DNA from: Aplysia californica
Lineage: Eukaryota
DNA length: 57,235 bases
Assembly (NCBI RefSeq): GCF_000002075.1
Contig: NW_004797660.1
Coordinates: forward strand, 268,673-325,907
Direction of reading: 5' to 3'
Part shown: in pieces, positions 26,465 through 41,819 of the stretch
Layout: every line of letters begins with the position of its first letter
Position numbering within the stretch: position 1 is the first letter of the stretch
Program-made: the position numbers and the translations under genes
The notes under the pieces: generated by a model
Databases searched by the model: none
What the model was told of the DNA's origin: nothing
The model's input: the letters and a program-made list of their open reading frames with translations, nothing else

Positions 26465-28905
26465 TCTCCCCCCGAAGTTATTGTCTAAATTATGGTTGAT
26501 CATCTATTTTAAATAAGAGTGTCGTCAGGCACTGTCAGGTTACCGTGTCGAAGACGGTACGTGTTGACCCTGGGCTCTTGTGTTGTAGTAGTTGTAGTCG
26601 GCTCTGGGGTAGCCACGAGATGACTTCTGTTGCGGCGGACAGTGCTCCCTTTTTCAGCTGTCACTGTGTAGGAGCGCGGATTGGGGCGTCTGTTGTTAAC
26701 GATGCCCGGTCGGCTTAGGTCTCGAATATGGACAGAATCACCGGGATTAAGTTCTAGAAGAGATTTGACACCGTGTCTCTTGTTGTATAGCAAACGCATG
26801 ATCTCTTTCCTCTTCTCCTCCCTTAGACGAATAGAGAGTAGATCAACAGAAATTGGATGTAAGTTGTCCTGCATAATGGACACTTTGGTTTGGAGTTTCC
26901 TTCCCACGAGGAGCTCACTTGGGGCATACCCGTTTTGTAAAGGAGTAGCCCGGTATAGAAGGAGGGCAGTGTATTGATAGTTGGCTTTCTTGAGGAAAAG
27001 CTTCACTGTTTACGCTGCTCTTTCTGCCTCACCATTGCTCTGGGGATATCTTGGAGAGCTGGTGATGTGAATGAAACCAAACGCTTTTGAAAAAGCTTGG
27101 AAACTGCCGCTTGAAAACTGAGAGCCATTGTCGGACACGACTGCCTCTGGGATGCCATGAGTGTCAAAGGTGGACTTGAGTTTATTGATAACGAATACAT
27201 GTACGCTGTTGAGCTTTTCGAATAAGCGTAGCTCTACCCAACAAGAGTAATAGTGGACCACGACGATGTAGGTCTGACCTTTCAGGTCAAACAGATCCAT
27301 GGCCAATCGAGACCAAGGTCGGTCTGGTGACGAGGAAGGGAGTAGAGGTTCCTTCTGGACTGGACGAAGTTTTGCACAAGTGTTGCTCTTCTTCACCATG
27401 TCCTCGATCTGACTGGTGATGTTGGGCCACCAGACTCAAGTTTGAGCTAGAGCTCGGCACTTCGTGATGCCAAGATGGCTTTCGTGGAGTCGATTCAGAG
27501 TGTCTATTTTCGTGGAATGACAAGTCGGTCGTCAAACAAAAGGATATCACCCACAATGCTGAAATGATGGTGATTAGTCCAGTACTGTTTCATAAGTAAA
27601 TGTTCAGGCATGTATGCTGGCCAGCCTCTGGCACAGTATTTCTGGACTTCCGACGTTTCTGGGTCGCTCTTCTGCTGGGAGACAATATTTTGACGTCTCT
27701 GTGGTGAAGCAGGGAGGCCGTCAATAGCATGTTGTGCGAAGTCAGCCACTTCGTCAACAGAGAGTGATTCTGCATCTGAAGGCAGATTTGTCGGAGCACG
27801 ACAAAGTGCGTCAGCTGTGATCTGATGCTTTCCCGGAACATGCAGCATATTTGGTGAAAAGCGCATCAGCCTCAGACGGAATCGTTGAATCCTTGGTGGC
27901 ATTTTGTGGAGTTCCTTGGTAGAGAGAAGAAGGACCAAGGGTTTGTGATCAGTCTCCAATGTATACTGCTTGTATGCTAACAGGTCTGCAAGAACCACCA
28001 TCTTGTATTTGTAGAAGTACTGCCCCGAGGGAAGACATGGAAGCATCTGTAGCAACGATAGTCTCCCGGTCAGGCGAGTAGTGTGCCAGTATATGTGTTG
28101 TGGTGAGGCCATTTTTGGTGCTTTGAAAAAGATGCCTCTTGATGTTCTCTCCAGGTCCACAATGAGTCTTTGTTTAGCAATGCTCGCATAGGTTCAGCTG
28201 CAGAAGCCAAGTTGGGATGTAATTTTGCTGTCTGGTTCACTATACCCACAAAGCCTTGTAACCCAGGGACGTTCTTGGGCTGAGGGAAGTTTCGAACAGC
28301 GTCCACTTTTGCAGGATCTCACTTGAGGCCTGGGTAATTGTTCACGATGTGCCCGAGAAACTTGATGGACGGCTGCGAAAATTCACACTTGTATCCTTAG
28401 TTCTCTGGAGACGCTTCAGGACTTGTCTGACACGCTTATTGTGAGTGTCCTGATCAAGCGCGTGTATGAGAATGTCATCTATGTGACAAATGACACCTGG
28501 AAGGCCGTCCAGAATGTAACGTTTTCCTTTGGAAGATTTCTGGGGCTGAGGATATGTCGAATGGAAAACGGTTAAAGCAGAATCTCCCAAACGGTGTTAT
28601 GAAGATAGTGTACCTTCTGGAGTCTGGAGCGAGAGGGATTTTCCAGAATCAGCTAGTCGTATCCAGCTCAGAGAATACATGTACCGTAGACCCTGCAAGC
28701 TTGGCAAGCTGTTCGTCTATGGGTGCCAGAGGATGGACTTCTCATCGCACTGCCTTGTTTAGACTGGTGAGGTCCACGTAGATTCTAACAGCCGTTTATC
28801 TTTGGCACAACTACCATGCTGGAACACCATTCAGTGGGCTCCGTTACGGGTGCATTTCGGTGTTGGCTTTTGGCAGTAGAGAGTGTGCGACTTTTCGTGC
28901 TGTGT
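26275..28905 (-). mobile_element. Decayed, 5'-truncated Ty3/Gypsy element (pol plus 3' LTR)
   Basis: RT (GVICHIDDILI), RNase H (ETDHKPL, RIQRFRLRL), integrase (VSDNGSQF, SPRYPQSNGEAERA), PPT and LTR. Confidence 0.93.
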
Positions 28906-28909
28906 ACAA

Positions 28910-29122
28910 GGTCATACATGTAGGAGCGCGTGGGACACTTTAAACTTTTTCATTTGGTAGGAAATTTTGAATTTTGCCCCGGTGGCGGCCGAAGCCTTCT
29001 CTTATCGATTTTAGACCACCAAGAGAAAGGAGATAATTTTAGTGAAGAAAATCTTTCTGTCGCTACCCGGATTCGAACCCAGGATCTTTGAATGAGAGGC
29101 CAACACCTAGACCACGAGAGCT
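28910..29122 (-). mobile_element. Internally deleted tRNA(Glu-like) SINE, followed by an inverted tail piece at ~29130-29195
   Basis: Head and 3' body match the other copies. Confidence 0.75.
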
Positions 29123-29809
29123 CCCAAATGTTTGGTGTGTCCCGTGCGCTCATATATATGACCGTATGCAGTTGCGAGCGCCGTGAAACACTTACAAAAA
29201 TAGTTTTTAAAAATTTAGGCCTTCCTTTCATAGGCCTGTTAGGTCAACAAATAAATGTAACTAAAAATATAGATCAAGTATACAAGTACGCAACGAAACC
29301 CCGGCGAGTTATGACGGAAACTGAAAGTTGGATCCGAAACTGCTTATTATGATTAAAACTATGTATTGCTAATACACGCACTATTATAATACGGTAATCA
29401 TAGATATAGGAAGTGTATACTCTTATAGAGTATACACTTCCTACATTATGACGGTAATAGATCTACTATTAGCGCAATAAGGTAAGATCGAAAGTAAAAG
29501 CTTCCACGGAAAGAAGAATTTTCGGAAATTCCCTTTGCCTTTCCTTTAGAAACGGGTTTTTAGTGGACGAAAATAAAAACTATTCGTCAATAATTTGAGG
29601 AAGTAAATGAGCCACAGATTTATGCTAACTTTTTAAAAACAAATATGATTCCAGCTGATGTTTATGTTTGTATTTTTTGTTTTTCCTAGAATGAAAGAAT
29701 CACCATGTTATGGTCTCTAGCACAGAATTCTACACTTAGTGTAGAATCCTGTGGTCTCTAGTAAACTAGAAATTATTTGTTTCGAAATTTTTGCCTAAGC
29801 CCCACAAGC

Positions 29810-30042
29810 TACAAAAACGGAAGTAGTGAAACGATGTAAACATTGGTCAATAATAAAGTGTCAATACTTCTCTCTCTCTCCTCTGGAACTCTTGACTTTT
29901 GAGACTTTCACTTTCAGAAGCAATGACCCCTACTAGGCTACCGTGTTTTTTGACCTACTCGCTGTCCTGATATTGAATCTAATGCATACGTCGCCTTCTA
30001 ATTTGCAGATGAATAATCCTGATTATTTTTTTTATCTTTCAG
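29810..30042 (+). promoter_or_regulatory. Putative RCBTB1 promoter and non-coding first exon
   Basis: ETS-type CGGAAGT at 29818-29824, strong donor CAG|GTAAGT at 30042/30043, and a matching acceptor TTCCAG ending at 32806. Confidence 0.4.
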
Positions 30043-31719
30043 GTAAGTGAAATCTCTGAAATCCTTGTGACAAGTGAGACGAAGTTAGGTCTAGAATCTA
30101 CACGCTCTTCTAGACTCTAGACACTACAAGTCTAGATTCTAGATCCAGATCTAATATATAGATCTAGACTGAAGTCCTAGAACTGGGCGGTCAAAGAATG
30201 TGCTTGATGTGGCGGCAGTCACTAGACTAGAGACACACTCCCTGCCTTAAAGTCCAACAGTAGGTTCAGTTTGGCATTGTATGAGGCTCGGCGCAAGGGG
30301 AAGGTATACCGTGACTTCTGTTGAAGTGACTCTGATTCCACTCGCTGACTGGAGCTGCAGTGTGCTCCTTCTTGCTTTGGCGATCTTGTAGTTCCGTTTG
30401 TTAAAGACCACGATCCATTTGTTTACACCCAGAGTCCAGAGAATTAATCCAGAAGTCTTGATGACCAAATATAAGGCAACTCAAAGAACCTAATTGCAAA
30501 ACATCAAATTATGGTAAAATTCAACGAACGAAACAACAAAATCACCCTTTTTTTAACTATGGTCGTTTCCGCTCCTGAGGTCCCTCATATCTTCGCAATG
30601 ATCTTCAACACAGATCAAGAATCTTCAGATAGCAATCTACTGCCTCTGTTGGTATACCATATATAAATATAGTCTTCAACATATATAGTCTTCAACCATG
30701 AACCTGTTTGGGCCTATGAGTCCTACTGTAACCCACGCATTCTGTGTGCGCAGGTTTCAGTCAACAACGTTGTCTTGTCTTTCAGACCTACAGTGAGACT
30801 GTTGGGCTCAATCTGCGAAGCCAGAAGTCGGCACTGAAGGTATCATACAAAACATGCGCATTCAAAAATGAAAACTTAGCTTAGATGTACCTGCTCTGTA
30901 GCCTACTTTAAAAAAAAGAGGGATCAGAAACAGGATTATGTCTTGTCAAATACAAAAGCGAATTAGACAGTTTCATCAGTGGCAGTAATCCAAACGGCTC
31001 AGGAAGAAGAAACAATGGTGATCTTAAAGTACTGTTGGAGACCAAACACTGCGCAGCATGATCTCTACTGACGATCTTTGATTGTATGACTTAGTGTTGA
31101 TGTCATTTATTATTTTTAGCAGCGGGGTTTCGTTTTGTCCAAGACAACCCAAAATTTATAAAAAGAGGAGCCCTGTGTGCCTTGCGTTACATGTGTTCAA
31201 CTGTCAGAAATACTTACATCTTGATCGTATTGTCTTGAAAGAAGAAAAGCTTGGGAGCACAACGATACTAAACATATTATGGTGACATGGAGACACATAT
31301 GATGGTTCTTGTCATGTTCCAATTATGGGCTAATTTGAAGAAAACACGCCAACTTTTGAGAAGGGTGCCCTCCGGAAAATGTCTGTAACAGTGAATTTTG
31401 TCTTTTTTAAAATGAAACATCAAGCGATATCGATTCTGTAGACATTCAAGTACCCAAAAATGGACAGAGTAAAAAATCAAATTTTGACCTAAACATCGTG
31501 TTTTGCAGACCCGTGTCATGCCTTAAGATGATTCCAATAACTCCATATGCCCCAAAATTGACGAGCGTCTGATTCCACCGCGTCGTGACACATATCTCAA
31601 AAATTCAAAAACCTCTGTGTTCAGCATTGAATGTCCTATTAGGTACTAGTTCTAACCCTTAATTCGAAATGGTTAAAATCCGACTTTTGGTACATTTCTT
31701 TAGGCACACACACGTATAT

Positions 31720-31985
31720 ATATGTTCTTGTAGGCTGTCCTGGTCTTGGTGAATGAGGCTCTTGTCATCAGCGAAGAGCAGTTTGTTGAGTTGTTCTGAG
31801 ATGTTATTTGCTTTTGTGTTATCTTGTCCTTGTATACTATGAAAAGTAATGGTGATAGGACACCTGCTTTGTCTGATGCCTGATGTCACTTTGAACCAGT
31901 CCACATGTCCCTCTTTAGTTGTTACCCAACTTGGAATATTTTCGAATATCAGTGCGTTGATATTACAAAGGAGTAGGTCTTCCAC
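31720..31985 (-). mobile_element. Non-LTR retrotransposon RT fragment
   Basis: WFKVTSGIRQ and LLFADD motifs in ORF 31659-31985. Confidence 0.8.
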
Positions 31986-33109
31986 TCTGTATATATTCTT
32001 TCAAAGTTTGCTGTGCTCCTTCTTTCCTATCAAACAACTATCGTCCTTATCTCCCCTCCTTCTTTTTTATGTTTGTTACTCTCTTGTAACACCTCTAATC
32101 TTCAGCACTTTTATGACCTTATTGTGTTGCCAGTGCCGTGAAACTCTTACTAAAACTAAAAAAGTTTGCTGTCAACTCGGTCAAATACCTTCTCCTGATC
32201 CACGAACACTTATATTCAGGTCTCTGCTGTGTCTATAGATCTCTCACAGATAGGATTAAAGGTGATTGCAGCATGTTACACTGTTAGGGTTAATGTAAGG
32301 TTTGGTATTATGTCGCTGTGTGGGTTTATCAGGTTAGAAAAATAGATGTATGAGGCAGCAACCTTGTTGAGGATTTGTCTTGTCGATTTGGAAGACTTTC
32401 AAAGATAAAATTTGGGGTCATGTAATGTTTGTTTCTAGCCAGTAGATGATTTTAGAGTTTTCTCTTTTATGTGTTATTTATGTGCTGTTTCTGCCTTATA
32501 ATGTGAGCAAATAAAGCAACGGAGCGTGAGATTGGGATTTCCTTTTCTCTTTAACTCGACGCGGCCAGCAGTACAAAATACCCCATCTGTTCACCCAGCC
32601 AGGTGAGTGACTGCAACAGACTTCTCGGGCCTGGCGCAGTGCCTGGGGCAGAACTGCTCCAGGTGACCGGAACGGAGAATTTTCACCGTCGCGCTATTGC
32701 GCCAAGTGACCTCAAAGTGTTAATGTGGATATTGTTAGTAATTATATATTTATTGCAAACTTATGACGTATGTACATGTATATTAACTTTTTCTTTTTGT
32801 TTCCAGGTTTTTAATGACTGGGAGTGTGAATACTTACACAAAAGTTTTCAGAGGACAGACTGTGGAATGTGTCAAATTTTTGTCGGGCCCTGTTGCTAGA
32901 AGCAACACTTGAACAACGTTGTCTTGGGGATTTGACTAAGTGACTTATTCAGCTCTTTTCCATTACTGTTACCAACCAGGACACTGAGCTACTTCCATTG
33001 GGGGCGTTGAGTGGTCAAAGGCTCTGCAAGGTTTCCCTTTTCCTCCTCCATTGGTTGCTTTCTTTTGTCGCGGTCTGAGATGTAGACCAGACAACTAAAT
33101 CCGTCATTT

Positions 33110-33482
33110 ATGAGTTTTAGCTATCCGGTAGAATTTGTAGAAGAGTTGTTAGATTTTGAAGATTATTATTCTTGCTGGAGTTTCTCTGAAAGTTCTGACT
33201 CGATGGCAGAGAGTGGAGACTGTTGGGCTCAATCTGCGGAGCCAGAAGTCGGCACCAAAGCTCCAACTTTGAGCTTCAGTCCTAGGATTCCGGATCTTTT
33301 TCCCAGTCGGCATTTGACTGACTTGAGCCGATGGCCACTGTTCAGCGTCCTTGATTTGGACTTGATCTCCACCATTAAAAAAATCTGCGTGTTTGGGAGT
33401 GCGGGCAACGAAGCTGTCTTCATCACCGAAAATGACGATGTCTTTGCTTTTGGCTCTAACTGCAGTAGCTGCCTTGGTTTAG
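33110..33482 (+). CDS. RCBTB1: RCBTB1/2 first coding exon (start ATG 33110 or 33203)
   Basis: DLSRWPLFSVL...ICVFGSAGNEAVFITENDDVFAFGSNCSSCLGLG matches the RCBTB1 N-terminus; donor GTAAGC at 33483. Confidence 0.88.
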
Positions 33483-33681
33483 GTAAGCTCTTTTCCTTGA
33501 TATCTACTCTTCTTGTCGTCTACTTTTTCTCCACCCCCTCCTCCTTCTCCTCTTCCTCCTCCTTCTCCTCCTCATCCTCATCCTCTTCCTAATCCTCCTC
33601 AATTGCCAGGTCTGAAACAGACATCAGCAGTCATGGTTCGCCACCCGGTTCTTTGCTAGGATGCTCTCATAAAGCTATATA

Positions 33682-33919
33682 TGTGAGATGTGCTGACAAA
33701 ATGAGTTACTTCTAACGATCCAAGAATGGAGATATCGGCTGAAAATCGACACTGGGGTCAGATTTATAAATTTTCAATTGATGCCATTTTGTTCAAGTTT
33801 ACTGTGTCTTTTACTATTCCATGCTCATAAACTGTACAAACTTCAGCTATCAAGTTGATGTGTCAATTTCCATAAGGCTGAAATCCGAGAAGTAACTCAT
33901 TTTGTCAGCACACCTCACA
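33682..33919. mobile_element. 238-bp MITE with ~32-bp TIR, TGTGA...TCACA ends and TATA flanks
   Basis: TGTGAGATGTGCTGACAAAATGAGTTACTTCT / AGAAGTAACTCATTTTGTCAGCACACCTCACA. Confidence 0.85.
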
Positions 33920-34734
33920 TATATATTGTCCTTGTCTTTCCCTTCACCCATCTTTTTCCAGTTTTCTAAGTTGGTTGCTCTGCTGCCTCTGCCTTCAGTT
34001 TTAATAATGGACAACAACATGTTCAAGGCTAACTACTCACAACCTTTTGAAATCTCAATTTTTGTTGTCTTCATATTAATGTCATTGGTATTTCAGGTCT
34101 TGTTAACATGCGTTTTGCTGTGGTTTCTGACCTCTCTCTCTCTATATTTCTCTGCGCCCTAAAGTAAACCTTCAGAAGAAATAGTCAAATAGTCTCATCT
34201 GTTAAACTATATAGTTCTCATGACATAGATCTCTCCTTTAATGTATCATTTTGGACATCCTCCCAGTCCCTAATTATTAAAGGACTAAAACATGAAATGG
34301 CAAATGCAATAATTAATCTGATTTCCATATTATATTTTATAAACCCCCCACTTTTTCTGTNNNNNNNNNNNNNNNNNNNNNNNNNNNNNNNNNNNNNNNN
34401 NNNNNNNNNNNNNNNNNNNNNNNNNNNNNNNNNNNNNNNNNNNNNNNNNNNNNNNNNNNNNNNNNNNNNNNNNNNNNNNNNNNNNNNNNNNNNNNNNNNN
34501 NNNNNNNNNNNNNNNNNNNNNNNNNNNNNNNNNNNNNNNNNNNNNNNNNNNNNNNNNNNNNNNNNNNNNNNNNNNNNNNNNNNNNNNNNNNNNNNNNNNN
34601 NNNNNNNNNNNNNNNNNNNNNNNNNNNNNNNNNNNNNNNNNNNNNNNNNNNNNNNNNNNNNNNNNNNNNTTTATCATCATCTATTACAATGACCCTAAAC
34701 ATGTTCTCCCTCCCCCCCTCTGCCCACCCCACAG

Positions 34735-34842
34735 GAGACACGCACAGTAGCTTTGAGCCTCGAAAGATTGACATTCTCTGTCGGAAGAAAGTTGTGGACA
34801 TCGCGTTCGGAAGCGGACCTCATGTTGTTGCTGTGACCAGAG
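34735..34842 (+). CDS. RCBTB1: RCBTB1/2 exon (FGSGPHVVAVT)
   Basis: GSGPHV motif; AG/GT bounded, phase 1-1. Confidence 0.93.
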
Positions 34843-35957
34843 GTAAAAAAATGTGTAGCAACACCACACACATGGGTCATGTGTTGTTCTCAGCTGTTTC
34901 AAGATACGTCGGGCACAACCTTGATTTTTCTCACAACTGTCTGCTTTTGACTCCCCAAACTTCCAAGCTATTGTAACCAAAACAGCTACACTATTATATA
35001 TATATATTATCTATATATATATTACGTTACTTGTAGGTAGGTGGTTGGCGGGTGGTCTGGTGTGATTTGCTCCTTCTTTCCTATCAAATATATATATTAT
35101 CCTTTAAATTTCTCACCCTGCTTTCATGTGTTTGTTACTCTCTTGTAACATCTCTAATCTTTAGTATTTATATGGCCTAATTGTGTTGCAAATGCTGTAA
35201 AACTGCTGTAAAACAGAAAAAAAAAAAAATACTTGTAGGACTTGGAACAAATTTTTTAATTGATACTCAAAGTGTTATATTTTTGTCAAAATAGGATACA
35301 CAACTCAATGGATCAATAAATCGTCATGGTGTTTGCACCATTGTGTAAGTTATTGTTTGTTGCTTTGAGAAAAGTTCTATCATAGGTACTTATCAAGTCA
35401 GCCTTATGACGTTTAACAAAACGGAAAATGTGTCAATAATTGAATTTTTAGTACATTAAACAAAACCCTGTTGTATTGAGGATACGAAACAAGTAATATC
35501 TTTTCACCGTATCAATAACTCTGTAGGCCTACCTGAAAAAAAAAGTCTCAGGTAGTAGTAGCATTAAGACGGTGATAAAATGCTTTTTTTTTACACATTT
35601 TGTCAGAGCCGCAATTGTCACACCATTTTAATCAACATTTTTTACACATATGACACTTGAGTAGACTTGGTCCACGGTATACACGGTAAACAATGACAGA
35701 AACTGTACCATGTAAATTCCTCCCCCCCACCCTTCCCCATCTCCCCCCATCCTCTCTCCTCTGCTCCTCCTCCCCTCTGCTCCTCCTCCCCTCCCTTCCC
35801 CATCTCCCCCCATCCTCTCCCCTCTGCTCCTCCTCCCCCAACTCCTTCTACACTCCCTCCACCCCTCCCCTATATTATAATTATGACACTCGGCAAGCTG
35901 CCCACCTGTGGAAGATGACCGCTTTTATCCTCAACAATGATTTCGGGAAAGTTCATT

Positions 35958-36395
35958 TGTGTCACGACGCGGTGGAATTAGGGGCTCGTCAATTTTTGGG
36001 CGTGTGGAGTTTTTGGTATTGCCTTAAAGCATGTTCATTTGCCTTGCTGTAGATAAAAGAATTACCTGTTTATCTTGAGTACATGTCGAGGTATTTGCGC
36101 TATTGAATGAGATGGGTGTCACTTGGTTTCAGAGATAAAATTAGTCACAAAATGGCTGCCAAAGTTTGGTTATTTACAAAGCCTCAGAGTCCGTGGAAAG
36201 TGACAATTTTCATTGTCTGTGCCTTTAATCAACATTTTTCAATATAATTCACACTGAAATGGGTTCCTCAATAGACATAGAAGGTGTTAAGTCGAAAAAC
36301 AAAATTTCAATAAAAATTGCCAAACCAGCGGAAAAGTGCCAGTTTTTTTACTTTCATTATTTTGGGAGCGCCTGATTTCACCACGCTGTCTCACA
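35958..36395 (-). mobile_element. TGTGA...TCACA MITE copy
   Basis: Both TIRs present; reverse orientation relative to 54721-55162. Confidence 0.8.
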
Positions 36396-36520
36396 TTTGT
36401 ATTTCCGTCTGTATTCATGTGACTTGATAAGATTTTATATGTATTTACGTGTAACTAGATATAACTCTATTTGCACATTAAGCTTTGGTATTGCATATTT
36501 TTCTGATGCACCTGACTTGA

Positions 36521-36892
<372 letters not shown>

Positions 36893-38061
36893 TGATTCTA
36901 GCTTGGATCCACATATCCATGTTTAGAATAAAGGATATAGTATAACATTGACTTCCGGGTCAAACGTTTTTATCGAAAATTCTACCTTTTGTATTCAAGT
37001 TTTAAAACCCGATTTCGAAGTTTATACGACTTTGTTTTATGGTTATACCCAAATTATAACCCAGATACCAGTCTTAGCACTTTTACAAAACAAAGTGTAT
37101 CATTATTTTGCTTACTTAAGAAATGTATGACTCTTCTTTAGAATATTGATACTATATTTGTAAAATGGACTCAAATTGCCATTGCTCTGTTATTGAGTAA
37201 TCGATATTTTTCAGTGCTAGATCTAAATTGTCAAAATATTTTTTTTCTCCCCCAAATCTCTAATTTTTAGTAAAATTACACAAAAAATACTACTCAAGAA
37301 ACATGTAGTTTATTCAAAATGCAATTTTGAATGATTCCATATAAGATAATTGTGAATTTTCGGGATTTTGTTCAAAAATTTTATTTTTTCAATATCGAAT
37401 GTTTTGATTCAAATGTACAAATTATGTGGAATGTATGTAAAGAAATGCAAAATTTTCAATATTTTCCAGTTTTATTTTCATTTATGGTTATTTTGTTATG
37501 TATCGTATGACTAGATCTAGGTGCAAACATATTTTTTGACTTTCACCAAAGATGATTAATTTTGAATTTTCAAATTTCATCCACATCCATGCAAAATTGT
37601 GTTGCGCAGTCGCCTCTAATAGGAACCAAAGTTGAAAACTATACAAATAAGCAATACAGATGTATTCTACAAATCATACTGAAAATTTTGGTAGCCTGTA
37701 TAATAATGTTGATATTTATTTGAATTTGTGGCCCCAGAGACCTGTGAATTGCGCTCTAGTCATCATCTCAAACAAACAAAATGCTTTGCTAAATGACAGT
37801 TATTGAATCGATGTGTTTGTCTTTACTCCAACAAATGAAGAGCACTAGGTGGGTAGTTTGCGAGTGCTCTGGTGTGGTTTGCTCCTTCTTTCCTATCAAA
37901 CAACTCTCGTCTTTGTCTCTCCTCCTTCTTTTTTATGTTTGTTTCTCTCTTGTAACACCTCTATTCTTCTGGCGCTCATATGACCTTATGCAGTTGCACT
38001 TACTAAAACTAAAAACTAAACTTACTCAAACAAATGAAGAGTGCTTGTGCTGAAGTTGTGA

Positions 38062-38265
<204 letters not shown>

Positions 38266-38700
38266 TGATATTTTACTTGTAAAGTGGGTGGTTGAAGGGC
38301 GCCACTGGTAGGTTGTGCTTTAAAAATACCATAATAATGATAATGCAAAAAATTTCTGTGTCTCGCTATTCTCACCCCCCCTCAGGTTTGCTAACAGTAG
38401 GCCTATGGCTATATCCTATAGGACAGACACACTCAGAACAGCACTGAGAATAACTTATAAGTTGTAGAGATAAGTTTCAGGTTTAGTTTATTTAATGGGC
38501 TGGGTAAAGTTTTCGACACTTATATTACCTAACTGTGGGTGATTGGTGGGTGCTCTGGTGTGGTTTGCTCCTTCTTTCCTATCAAACTTCTATCGTCCTG
38601 ATCTCCCCTCCTTCTTTTTTGTGTTTATTATTCGCTTGTAACACCTAATTTTCGGCACTTACATGACCTTATTGTGTTGCAAGTGCTGTAAAACTCTTTC

Positions 38701-38852
38701 CTAACACTTTGCAGTCACACAGCCAGCAGTACAAAATACCCCATCTGGTCACCCAACCAGGAGAGTGACTGCAACAGACTTCTCGGGCCAGGTTTCCAGA
38801 ACGGATAATTTTCACCAGCGCATTATTGAGTCAAGTGACTGCAAAGTGTTAA
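38701..38852. mobile_element. ~150-bp MITE; related copy at ~32550-32723
   Basis: TAACACTTTGCAGTCAC ... GTGACTGCAAAGTGTTA inverted ends. Confidence 0.75.
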
Positions 38853-38906
38853 GCACCCCCCGCCCCCCCCTCCCCCCTTACCTCAAACTACATACTTTCC
38901 CTGCAG

Positions 38907-38958
38907 GTGCTCTGTGCGCTGTTTCCATCGCCTGTGGTCAGACATCCTCTGTAGCCCT
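38907..38958 (+). CDS. RCBTB1: RCBTB1/2 exon (SIACGQTSSVAL), end hidden in the N gap
   Basis: IACGQTSS motif; acceptor CTGCAG ending at 38906. Confidence 0.9.
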
Positions 38959-39333
38959 NNNNNNNNNNNNNNNNNNNNNNNNNNNNNNNNNNNNNNNNNN
39001 NNNNNNNNNNNNNNNNNNNNNNNNNNNNNNNNNNNNNNNNNNNNNNNNNNNNNNNNNNNNNNNNNNNNNNNNNNNNNNNNNNNNNNNNNNNNNNNNNNNN
39101 NNATGTGGTTGGTTAGCGGATGCTCTGGTGTGGTTTGCTTCTTCTTTCCTATCAAACATCTATCGTCCAATCTCCCCTTCTTCTCTTTTGTGTTTGTAAC
39201 TCTCTTCAGCACTTATTTGACCTTGTTGTGTTGCAAGTGCCGCAAAACTTTTACTAAAACTAAACTAAATAAATAAATAAATAAATACGTAAATAAAGAA
39301 ATTAATTAATAAAGAAATAAATGAATAAATATA

Positions 39334-39632
39334 TAGATCTTTCCAACCAGAAGATCAGGAGTGTGGCTGAAAGACGGCTGAAAGGAGCCAAGGTGTAGCA
39401 GTAGCAAGGCTGCTGAAAGAGCCAGGAGCCCAGAGGAGGGGGCAAAGGAGGTGAGGGGGTCAGGGCAGAAAGTGGAGACGAAAGCAGATGACAGAACATT
39501 GCTAGAGAGCAGGAAAGGAGGAGAAAGGAGACTGTTTTAGAGAAGAAAATTTTCCCGTCACTACCTGGATTGGAACCTGGGACCTTTGAATGAGAGGCGA
39601 GAACCTTAACCTCTAGGCCACGAGAGCCCCCC
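39334..39632 (-). mobile_element. tRNA(Glu-like) SINE, 3' truncated
   Basis: Matches 12137-12431. Confidence 0.85.
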
Positions 39633-39779
39633 TGAAAATAAATAGATAAATGTCGCTTGCAGAAAAATAAACCCGTCAATGAATAACTACATAAATACCA
39701 TTTTTACTGATCTCCATGAGAAATTATGGGTTACAAAATAATTTGGCAAGTACAATATATATGACCATGCATTCTATAA

Positions 39780-41226
<1,447 letters not shown>

Positions 41227-41380
41227 GTGGTGTAATAGAAATGATTTGAGAGTAGAAGAATGTGGACCTGTAAATTTCAGCATAGTGGTAATGAGAAATA
41301 GTGTGCAGATCATAAGAGAGATGTGGGAGACGTAGAAATGTCATCTGTAAAAAAAATTTAATTGTAAAAAAGGAAAAAAT

Positions 41381-41819
41381 TGTGTCGCAACGCGGTGGAA
41401 TCAGACGCTCGCCAATTTTTGGGCATATAGAGTTATTAGTATTATCATAAAACTTGTCCATTTTTCTTGCATTTGGCGAAAGAAAATACCCACCTATCTT
41501 GAATGAAGTCAAAATGTTTGCGATTGAAGGAGGTTGGGGTCGCTTGGTATGTGAGGTAAAATTAGCGAGAAAATGGCTGCCAAAGTTTGGCAACTTCCAA
41601 AGCTGTAGTGTCGTTGGAAACTCGAAATATACATTTGTTGTGCCTTCAATGAACGTTTTTCGGTAACATCCACACAGAAATGTGTTTTTAAAAGGATGTA
41701 AAATGTGTTGAGTCGAAAAAAGAAATGTTAAAAAAAAAATTACCCAGCGTCCAGAAAAGTGCCTATTTCTTTGATTTAATTGTTTCGAGGAGCGTCAGAT
41801 TTCACCATGCTGCCTCACA
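41381..41819 (-). mobile_element. TGTGA...TCACA MITE copy
   Basis: Both TIRs present. Confidence 0.8.

Noticed and set aside
35628-36052. Pro/Ser/Gly-rich ORFs (also near 9577 and 42197)
   Set aside because: They arise from C/T or G/A low-complexity tracts.
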